NCBI GenBank assembly: GCA_002633005.1
Contig: NMRA01000151.1
Span: forward strand, 1 to 64,000
From: Phoronis australis
Lineage: Eukaryota; Animalia; Phoronida
Direction of reading: 5' to 3'
DNA length: 64,000 nucleotides
Position numbers and translations under genes: made by a program. Below, piece after piece: positions 51,901-63,900 of the stretch (position 1 is its first letter; each line of letters opens with the position of its first letter). The notes beneath the pieces were generated by a model. That model did not search any database. It saw only the letters and a program-made list of their open reading frames with translations, and had not been told where the DNA came from.

Positions 51901-54900
51901 TCACTAGGAACAAATCTGCCTATTTTCATTATGATCCTTTGCCAGATACAGGTGATCACTTAAAATGGATTCAAAAATAATAAAAAAATAGCCGCTAAAG
52001 GGCGTAGACTACTCAGAATCTATAAAAAATCAGGAAGGTGTCATAGCCATCTCGATAGGAACATATTTGATAACTTATGTAAAAATCCTTCAAGGAACTA
52101 GGCAAATACAGACAAACATAAAAAATAAAATTGCCATTAGGACACACACCAATCGTTGGACACGCCTGACTAATCCGCTTCATCTGGCGTCAGCAAGATT
52201 TCATGAAGTTGCAGCAAGCTGTTTTAGGACATACAGCAGCAGATACCGGACAGAGACGACCGTATACATGCACCCCAAGGTGGGCACATAAAGATGTTCT
52301 GCCCAATAGCTCAACTCAAAGTGCAGGTTAGACAGCAAATGAACATACAATGAAGACCAGCAAAAGATGAAGACCACACTCAGAAGTACATAATCACGGC
52401 AAAGACAGGTATACATTTCATGCATTTCAAGTGCAATGAAAATTTAGGTTCACTCAAAAACTTCAGGGTCTCCATAAGGAAAACATACACGCAAAGCCAC
52501 TAACAGATTCATGATTCTTTCACATACAATTATTTACTTTTAAATAATTTGAATCTAAAAAATGATATAATTCTAGGTCATTTACAATAAAGAGTCAGAT
52601 TTCAGAAGAATAAACTAAGTTGTCCAACTTCAAATTCAAGCGAGGCATCTTGATTTAACATCAGGCTGACTTCATACTTGTGAGTAGGATTCAAAATTAG
52701 TCGAAGAACGTCCACACAGATGAGAGCTAAATCGTAAATGCAAATAGGTAGGTAGTTGCAGACTAAGCTATGTTAAAAGAAACATTGTGAGTACCTCGCC
52801 TGCCTTAGCACGTTTTTGCATTTGATGAATAGCATGCAGCTGCTGAAGGAGCTCAGGTGTAGGCTTTTTCCCCATGCGCTAGAAGAGAAGGGGTTAGTTG
52901 AACGGATGACTTGAGACGACGTCTCGCATGCCTATCACAACAGTGCTTCACCAGTCACTACTGGAAGCGACCAATCAGGCACAAAAGCAATCTAAGGAGA
53001 GGGCACACACAACTTTTTGACAGCTAATCCATGCACTAGTAGTGAAGCAACTGAATCTCCACAACATTAAGATTATGTAGAGCCCGAGAAAATGTCAAAG
53101 TTTGTCTAATTTTGGAACATCATATCACAGAAATGGCTGATCAGATAAAAATGAAACTTTCACATACTATGCGTTATGCACTTTTTCCCAAATTGCCGTC
53201 AGTAAATGTTTCTGAATTGCCACACTTTTACAAGAAGGGCTTTATGATTTTTATGAAAAAACTGAAGTTGCATAAAATGAAAATAAACTGATAATTTCGA
53301 AAACTGTAACACCATTTTTGAGATTTATCTTGAACATTTAAATCTAATAAAATTTGGTCATACTATTGATGCCATTGTTTTGCTATAAACGTACCTTTCT
53401 TTTTTGCTAAATTTTACTAAAAAGACATCTTAATATGACTCAATCAATGGTAGATTGGTATGAAGTTAAAAATCAAAATTTACAGACTCTATACATTTTT
53501 ACTGAGTTATATGAAATGTTATAGTTGTGGAGACATTTGGATGAATGCACACACTTGTCAATAAGGACTTATATAACCTTAACCATGAATAAACACTTTT
53601 ACAATAACTACTAACGTGAGCTAGAATATCGATAAACAGCTGGAGATAAATTGCAAATTCATTTTTAATCACAAGAAACGTTTTTCATGTAGTATAATAA
53701 CATAGAATCAAGAAAAAGGTTTATCAGGAATTCAGACATTTGCCTTCGATTCAATTAACATTTATCAAATGTTGTTTTCAATCGTTCTGTTACCTTCAAC
53801 CACCTACAAGGTTACTATCACTGAAAAGAAAAGCGCAGAACCATTCCCCACAAATAGGCGCAAACTGGGTGTGAGCAGCAAAGCAAAAGATGAGTCAGAG
53901 AGGCCTGCTGTTAGGTCTACCCACATGCTAGCCTATACTCATACTGCACATGTCACACAACTGTAGCAAATAGCGGCCAACACATCCACATTCACATGGA
54001 TAGATTAAGCTGTGACTTAGATATTGGTCTCAACTGACTACATGACATCGCATGTGTCCAAATTCTGTGCGTTTGCCATTGAGTTGGAAGAATGCTGGCA
54101 AACACAACTTTGTCATAAAAACCAAAGCCAATAGATTCATTGATTGCGAACACAGATGCAAGAACATGCCTCTGTAGCTTACTAGAAACTTAAATGATTT
54201 GTCACTTATTGCAGAAAGTTGCGATTCAACCATGGAAACACAAAAACAAAAGCAAAACTCAAAAGTCAGTGTGACATCAATAAGTCGGGCTTCAAAGCAC
54301 AAGCTTTCTCATATTTCTTTCGGAAATGTCTGTCAAAACATAGATATTGCAAAATTCGTTTACCATGACAAGCCCAGTAATCATCACTGAATTTGAGTTT
54401 TGTGAGTTTTTGAAATATTGTCACCAAGTCACCACTCAAAGACAATTTAGTGAGATCAAGCTATTCACAAGTTTGTTTGATATTAATTTTGTCAATTGAT
54501 ACTTGAGGATCTGGTTCAACATTTACATTGTTAATTCTGTCAGAAAGACATGAGAACACTTGGATTCATGTCCCTGTTAATGCAGCAACCACTATTAATG
54601 TCAGAAAATGTGTCAATTAACTACAAAATGCTCCAACTAGTTTTATGATCGTCCCATTGCTACAAAACATCCATCAGATGACAACCCAAAATTAACCCAA
54701 GCAACAAGATACAAGAGCAACGCGGAGAGCGTTGAAATGCGCCCACGAATGCATCGCAAATGGTGTGCTTTTAGGGTTATTTATTTGTATCAAAAAATGG
54801 CCAATAGATGGCACAAAAACATACAATCCATCCAAATACAGCTATGGATGCAAAACAAAACAGAGCTACCACTGGGAGGTGCCACAGTAGTCAGTCGCCA

Positions 54901-57900
54901 TCATCAAACTACCTCTTCACACTGAGAACATTTCCATTTTCAAAACCATTCCTAGAAGGACTTGGTTGACCAGTGTTTGAAAACAGCAAAAATGGCCACA
55001 AGATGGTGCAAAATACCTAGATTCCATCCAAAAACAGGAGCAAAGTGTCATCTCTTCAATAGATGCCTATATTCAAAATTTTATGGAAATCTGTTTTGGA
55101 CCTTTGAAGATACAGAGGTAAACGTAAAAAACTAAAATTGTCACTGGGGGGACACACAAGTGGTCAGATCCATCCGAAAGTCGTCGTTGTTCGTTGTCAA
55201 CATCATATAAATACACTTGATAAATCAAGTAAAGATCCTGCAAACGGTTTAGGAAATACAGCCATGAGCGCAAAAAAAAAACTGCCAACAGGAGGCGCCA
55301 CAGTAATCGAAGTTGGAAAATCATCGTCAGCAGTCCACTTCATAGTTAAAACATACATGCCAATTTTCACAATTATCCTGAAAGCGGTTTGGTTGATAGA
55401 CGAGTGGATGCCAAAAACAGACTCGAAAACAGTAAAAATGGCCACTAGGTGGCGCAAAATACCTCGCATCCATCCGAAAACGAAAGGACAGCGTCACCTC
55501 ATTTATGGAGGCCTATGTGCCAAATTTCATGAAAATCGGTTGAGGACCTTTCAAGATACAGAGGCAAACGTAAAAAACTAAAATTGCCACCACGGGGCAC
55601 AGCGGAATTCGGGTCAGTCCGAAACTCGTCGCCCTCTGTCGTCAACACCATAGGAACACACCAGCCAAATTTCAATAAGATCCTGCAAGGGGTTTAGGAG
55701 ATACAGCCGCGGACGCCGGACGCCCAGACAGAGATGACGGCAATATGCACCACATATAAATATGTGGTGCATAAAAAAGCAGTTAGTAACACTAACCCTT
55801 AATGTCAGCTCTTAGTGACAAACCACTCAAAAATGAATGTAAAGAATACATGTAACAATATTCCTTAATACTTTGTGAAAAAAATATTTTCCAGATGTGC
55901 AAATATTACCCTTAAGGCCTGCATTAGTGGGTAAATCTACAAGAAAGTTTTTAATTATGATGACGAGATGACGAAATGTCAAACAAGAGCAACGCGGAAC
56001 GTTGAAATGCGCCCACGAATGCACTGCTAACTGTGTGCTTTTAGGGTTGTTTATTTGGAACATTAAAATGGCCATTAGATGGTGCAAAATATGTCTAATC
56101 CATCCGAAAACTTGTATGTGTCATCAAAGCTATTTAACAAATTTCATAAAAATGCGTCAAGGAACTTCCGAGAAACAGAGGAAAACAAAAAATGAAATTG
56201 CCACTAAGAGGCTATAAGCGCAAAAAAACATAATTGCCACTAATAGGCACCACAGCAGATAAAGTCGTCAGAAAATCGTCAGACATCATCTTTACATTAG
56301 GAACAGACATGGTAATTTCCACAACCATCCTTAGAGTGGTTTGCTTGACAGAGGGGCACACGCCAAACAACAAGACTAAAAAACAGTACCAACAGCAACG
56401 CAGAGCATTGAAATCACCCACGAATGATTCACAAATGGTGTACTTATAGGGTTGGGATCCCTTTCGTACCTCGTTTCTGCCTGGTTATCCGACAATGCAT
56501 ATAAACTTAATACAGCCGGGAACCAGGCAACGACCTAAATACAAATTTTCTAAAATGGGAAAGTGCCAGGGCTTGCTAACGAAGTAAGCAACAGTAAGAT
56601 TTCTGCTTCATTCATTTTATCGTGTCCAAGTTTACAAAAGACATTGTGAATTATACTGCAGGGCGTGACATCCAACTGTTTAATCAACCATAGCCTTGCG
56701 CCAAAATGACGGCATAGAATGTTAACCAGTCTCAGATTCGTCTGCATGGACTGGATTATACATCGTCTGCTAGGCCGGTCAACGCCAATCCACTATCACC
56801 GATTTATGTTTTGCAAGACGATATCAACGGAAGTTTCGTTACACGAATTAGTTTATTATGTCTACAAAGTTCACATATTTTTTGTTTTCTGTTTGTCACT
56901 TCGTGGATAATTGAATTTTAACACTGTTTTTGTACTCAAGTGCGACAGAGATCACAATATGCTGGACACTTCATTGCCAATTTGTTTTGCGAAGTGTCCT
57001 TTACCCAGATACATGATGCTCGGGTTAGAGTCTTGTCTATGATGAGCAAACTGCAACCAATTACATCTAATTTTCAAATTTTGGCTGGGGAAGGTCTCCC
57101 CCCCGATGGAAGGATCTCACTTCATCCCATGCTCGCATGAGGCGCCATGTTCCACATCCGCGTCGAGCATTCACCACCGCGCTCCTTTCGAAACCCAGAC
57201 AGTAGGGGAATCCCACTTCTCATATTTGCGTTTGGCAACGGGCTTTGCACCCCGTTTTGGCCATTTACCACCACGCTCCTTTCAAAACCTAGAGGAAACA
57301 CTGAGTCAGATCCGTCCGAAAGTTGTTCTCGTCCGTTGTCAACATCGTATAAATACACTTGCTACATTAAGTAAAGATCCTGCAAACGGTTTAGGAGATA
57401 CAGCCATGAGCGCAAAAAAAAACAAAATTGCCACTAGAAGGCGCCACAGTAGTCAAAGTGGTCGGAAAATCATCGTCAGCCGTCCACCTCATAGTACAAA
57501 CATACATGCCAATTTTCACAATTAACCTGAAAGCGGTTTGGTGGATAGACGAGTGGACGCCAAAAAACAGACCCCAAAACAATAAAAATGGCACTAGGTG
57601 GCGCAAATTAGGTCAAATCCATCTGAAAACAAAGAGATAGCGTCACCTCATTAACAGATGCCTGTAGGCCAAATTTTATGAAAATACGTTAAGGACCTTT
57701 GAAGATACAGAGGTAAACGTACAAAAAAAAAAATTGCCACGAAGTGGCACACCAGTAGTCAGATCTATCCGAAAGTCGTCGTCCTCTGTTGTTAACATCA
57801 TATAAATACACTTACTAAATTTAGCAAAGATCCTGCAAACGGTTTAGGAGATACAGCCATAAGAGCAAAAAAATGCCACTAGGTGGTGCCACAGTAGACG

Positions 57901-60900
57901 AAGTTGTCAGAAAATCATCGTCAGCTGTTCACCACTTCATAGCAAGAACATACATGCCAATTTTCACAATCATCCTTTGAGCGCTTTGGTTGATAGAGGG
58001 GTGGATGCAAAAAAACTCGAAAACAGTAAAAATGGCCACTAGGTGGCGCAAACTACGTCGAATCCATCTGAAAACGGGAGGATAGCATCACCTCACTAAT
58101 AGGTGCCTATATACCAAATTTTATGAAAATCCGTTGAGGACTTTTGAAGATGCAGAGGTAAGCGTAAAAAACTAAAAAATTGCTGCTAGTGGGCACACCG
58201 GTAGTTGGAGCCATCCAAAAGTTCGCTCATGCTGTCCCATCCATGGAAGGAAAACGTGCAAAATTTCATGAACATACGTCATGGCATTTTGGAGATAGAG
58301 CAGCGGACGCTGGACAGAGATGACGGCATAATGCATCCACAAATACATATGTGGGTGCATAACAACAGAACCACTTTGAGTGAGTCTGGCTAGAGGTGCC
58401 TCCACAGATGATGAAAATATTGAAGTCACAGTGACAATGCCACTAAAACAGGTCAACGAAATGTCTAAAATTCAAAGAACTTTAAGAGGTTTCAACCTAA
58501 ATCAATAAGTCTCTAAAAATCACGCTGTCCTTGTTGAACATCAATATGGTTTCAGTTTCGTATCAACAAAGAACAACGAAGGATTACAACAAATTTTAGG
58601 ATCTGTCTTCAAGAGGCGGTGAGAGGGGCTTCAACTGAACTAAGCAACATGTCCACCTGACCGAAAACTATGACACAACCAGCAAGGCTGTGTCAAGCAT
58701 GTGGTCACTTAGTTCATGTTATACGACTATAACCCTTTGAAAATGTGTAATACCTTTAACTGTTGCAGCTGTGACATAACTTGCAGCTGATTGGCAGCCG
58801 ATATGCTGGTCCCAGGTGTAATCGCCTGGGAGGCAACAGACTTTGGCTGGGCCTGAAGGGCGGTCGACGGGGGCGGGCGCACCCCTTCGATGGTGAACTC
58901 GTTGTTAAAGAGAGACTGGCGGAGGTAAGGCAAGCTTTTCTGTAAATGCAACAATGATTCTTTTAGAAGATTAGCTTTGGAAATCATTTATCCTTGCAGC
59001 TCCACATTTAGTTGCTGAACTTTTTCCTCTCTATACTGGAATTACATTTTTCTCTCAAAAACTCATGAGAAGGGTTAAAAAAACAATCACTTAAAAATGA
59101 GCAATATAGGAAAGTATTTGGCCACAAAATTCCACACACAGCCCAACTTGTTATAAACAGGGCTTGGAATGACCAATGACAAAAAAGCGGAAACTTTTAC
59201 GGCCCAAATCCGATAACCAGCCTTGAAATGGTCAATGTGAATCTTTCCCCGACGAAAATCGGGAGGATAAAAAAAAAGAAAAAGGTACCACGATCAGAAG
59301 CATGCGTCTGCGTCCTTTTAGCTCGCCCGTCCACTCCCAACCCGCACACATTTTTGGCTGCAGAGCGGCAGTATTTTATTTGTCGCCGCGCTTAACAATA
59401 ACACGAGACGCCATTGAAAATCACACCACGCTGTCCCAGATGCCCCGGCAATGTTGACAATTTACGTTCCTCCAAAACATAAAGAGCAACGGCAACTTCC
59501 GCTTTTCGAGGTGAACGTCGTCTGCAACGCCGCGGTAAGAAAGGAATTTGCCGCGGAAATTTTATAGCAAATCCGATTTTTTTACGCGGAAATATTATAA
59601 AAAAAGCGGAAAGCACATTTGAAAAAAGCGGAAATCCGCGTTTCCGCGGAAAATTCCAAGCCCTGTATAAAGCTGTATGCAACAACTTATCAAGTACTTC
59701 CTTGTTTCAGGTAAAGGTATTATAACCTTGTCATAACATTATGGTTCATGACTTCCTTTACAAGTCTAAAGTCAAGACCAAAATCCCACATCGTTACTCA
59801 GTGAGACTTACGTAAAAAATCTTATTCTTGCAATTTGGCATAAGTAAACAAGTCATCAAGTAACAACTTTTTAGTGAAACAAACCCCAAGAGTCTTAGGA
59901 GCATCTAAATATGCAACTGTACGTGGTTTTTCAGCATTTACTTGTCAGCAGAAAAAATTAGAACAAGCAACACGTTCACTTCTTTGTTTGACAAACTGTA
60001 GGAAAGTTGAAAACACAAACTTTGAGAAATGGCACGAGGTAGGGTTGAGGTGATGAGCTCAGGGCCTCCTGCAGTTCTGTGGTGAATTTCTCTGGCTCTA
60101 AGTTGCCATCCTACAATACGAATCATCCATAAAAAATGTACACTATATGACGATGTGAAAAATATAAGAATAAATCTTCCTGAACTTTCTTCAATACATA
60201 GCCACCAAGTACTTCACCTGAATAAATGTAAATCTCCACCGTCTTTATATAATACAGTGGTACTCAGGATATAAATTAGACCTTGCACTCCTGACTATTT
60301 CTTTTACAAAAGTTTTCTGCCTCAATCTGATAATTTTAATATTTTTTAATTTCAGCTGATTTTTTTAATAGAAATAATTGCTCAAAATTCATAATATTTT
60401 AAAATCCATAGTTAGTGATACTAAAAGTATGGAGGTTAGGAGTAAATCCATAACAGATGGTAGCCCAGTATATGGCAAATTAAAGTTCCACATTTCACAC
60501 TAATAGCACACTGTGGACAGAATGGAATTCACAGATTGCTTCAACTGGAAGATTAACTGCCACTGACTTGAGATTTTTTCAAGTGTGAAGTTTGTGATTT
60601 CGGTTTGACTTAATTAGCTAGAAATGAGGCAATTAATTTTCATTTGCAATGTTCGAATTCGTGTCTTCATCAACATATTTCAACAGTGTGAACACGCACC
60701 TCCAAACATTTATGTGCTTCAGTAAATTCCTATCAAATCTGAATTTTCCAGAGAACATTTTGCGCACGAACATACCACAAGGTCCTGTATTAATTTCTTC
60801 ACTTTGATCACAGTTTCCTTTGGTTGTTTGGCAGCAAGCTTGATAAGAGTGGAGAGAAAGTTCCGGCACTTGGTCACATTTTCCAGGGGTGCCTCGCTGG

Positions 60901-63900
60901 GACTTGATTGTGAAGGTAGTGCAGACTTAGCCTCAACTGGAAGCATGCACAGTTCCATGAGTGGCTTAGCAGAAACCATGGGATGAATGATCAAAAAGTA
61001 CAGTAAACTTTTCATGGCTGTCAAAGTGGCATAAAAAATCTTAGTACTTAAGCAATGCACTGTTATGAACGATGGCAATCACGTTGTTGGTATCATGCCA
61101 CTGTGTACACTGGAAATTAGCTCAATGATCACAGTTACTATATATAATAGACCATTATGACAACATAAAAAAACTGTAATAAGAGATTGCAGCATTAGGA
61201 TGCATCAATTTCAGACGGAACAAAAACATAATGAAATTGCAGAAAGAATTAACCATCATAATGTTGAGACTGTATTTTGTCTAATTTTTTGGCTAGTACA
61301 GTACCTGTGTACCAAAGTTCAACAAAATTCTTCTATTCGTCTTGCCAAAAACTGCGACAGTGAACTTCTAGTCACACTTTAAAGTCAAACAGGGGGTGTC
61401 ACAGTTGTCAAAACCTTCCAAAAATCAACTGATACTAACATACTTCAAAACGTACATCCGTCGCACTTCCAGAAATTTCAGTCGTGTATATCACAGCAGG
61501 AAGATTTGTGTTACCTTTGGTCTGGGGGCGTATGCCAACCACCGTGGGAGTGGCTACCACCTGTGGTTGAGCCTGGACCACTTTGACTGTGTTAACCTGC
61601 TGGGTGCCAGCAGGGGTCTGCTGCCTAGTGACTGTGAGGCCTGGACCAGCCGCGGACACCACCTGGGTACCCGACGTAACAGTCTGCAAATACAGTAGTG
61701 AGCAGGTTGTGGACACAAAAGTAACTGTCAAACTACAATAATTGTTCAAACACTCGAAATTTAGCTACAGCAAACTATTTACCAGACCCGACAATTAGAA
61801 ACTACAAGAGTCTATGCAATACTTGCCAAAGTCATGGAAACACTAAGATATGATTTAGCTGTTGACCCAACTTCTCCAGTGGTCCAGAGCAACAATTTAA
61901 AGCCCTATGAAGTGCCACCATTGTTTTGTAGAGAAACCTTTTGTTTTGGTTCCCAAATATGCAGAGTTATACCTTCTAACAGCAAAGACTGAAGCAGTTC
62001 GCTTCGACAGAAGATTCACCGCCATTAATTTAATGTACCTCTGAGTATGAAGCTTGTGACTTCGGCTCAATCTAATTAGTGCTTTGGTATTTTTTCAATA
62101 AGAGTTAACCCAGTGAAGACAACGAGAATCACCTCAAGAGTGACTGCTTACCATAGGTATCCTAACTACAGACACCTGTTGATTTCGGATTTGTTGCTGA
62201 GCAACCATGACCAACTGACCCTGGTCATTTTTGACTAGCACTGCCCCAGGGGGCAGCTGCAAGCCTGGAGGAAGTCGAATCTACAATGTGGAAGTAAGAG
62301 TTATAAATGAGGTCAAGAGTAAGACTAGACTACCAAAAACAAGTAAGAACTCCAATATTGCCGAATGAATATAATGATATACGGTAAGATCTCACCAATT
62401 ACTGACTAAATGTTTGACAAAATTGATTTGTTTTCGTTTCTCAAAAGCAAACTAACATTGTTGTGACAGCCCACAATTTTCCATAACACTGATGGAAGCT
62501 ATGGTATAAACCTTAAATATGATAAAATATATACTATTTGTTGCAAGTTCTCTCTCATGAATAAAATAAAATTCCAATTGCTTGCCATATTGCAACCTCA
62601 ATAAGTAAGATTATTCCATACTTTTAGTCAAATGGTAGACTGCCCAGCCAATCATGACAATACTGCACCCAAATTTAAAAAGTTTCCACTGCTCACTCTC
62701 AAATACCACGTGAAATGAATGAACAGATTCCATCGACATTATCACACACACGATCAGCGTTACATGCGACCTCCCTTAACATATCACCTTCAGGACTGTG
62801 AAAAAGCGATGACAGATCCAAGTAACAACTTTCGACGACTTCAGAGCGATATACATGTACTGACATAGCAATGATGGCCAATAATATCAATTTCCACATC
62901 ATCGATTTCTGATGATAAAAATGTGTAGTTTGAAAAGTTCAGATAATGGTTGCTTTTGTCATGATTTTTATTTCAAATCAAATTTCCTTGTAATTGGTTT
63001 TTGCCGTGATTATCAGCAAAGTTTGAATAAAAACAACTTCTCTAAAACCCTGCAAGTAAGCGTAGGTGGCAAATATGAAATAAAGTGTTTTTTGAAAGAT
63101 TTTGCTACTCAAATGTTTCACATAAAGGCAATGAACCTTATCTGTAAGATCATACTTGTTGTACATACAAACGACAGCACAAGTCCACTGGTTACATCTT
63201 ATGCAAAAACGGCTTAACTGTAAACATTTACATGTAAACGAACGGCCATGTTATCAGGATCAAGAAAAAGTGACCACATGTGTAGGCTGATAAGTTTTAC
63301 GATAACGAGTAAAGCAAAGCGAGGTCACATGTGCATGAAAAACTAGATCAAATAGGAGTACAAACATGTGGATGAGAATTTCTTATTGTTGTGTACTTGT
63401 CACTGAGAGCACTCGCGAACTTCTTATTCAGTGCACACCATGTGTTACGTTCGAGGTAACATTTACAAAATTACTTTACTCTTGATGATTTGCAAAACTA
63501 TTCACACAATACTCCAAGATAACATTAACACGACGCAATTAATTGCGAGTTAGTGTAGTCACATCGATTGACAATTACTCACTCCAGGAGACGGTGCTAT
63601 TACACGAGCCTGCGGTGTTGTTATTCTAACTGGATTCTGAATGAGTCTTGGGGCCAGTGATCTTGCCTGAGCCGTTGTTACTGCCCTCGGCGCAGATATA
63701 ACCTGCACAGTTGATACACCACCTTGAGAAGATGGTTGCACTGGCCTCACAACAGTTACAGTCTGTGTGCCTCCTGGCAATACTGTGCTAGATAATTCTG
63801 TTTTTACTTTCTGTGGATCTTGTTTCACAATAATTTGTTGACCATGCACAATATTAGAATCTTGTTTAATTATGAACTGAGGTTTTGGCGAGTTTGACGT

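Noticed and set aside
55073-57640. Many 70-150 aa ORFs in the motif-array repeats (also at 20.4-21.6 kb and 26-27 kb)
   Set aside because: Open frames in non-coding tandem monomers; not conserved in frame between copies.
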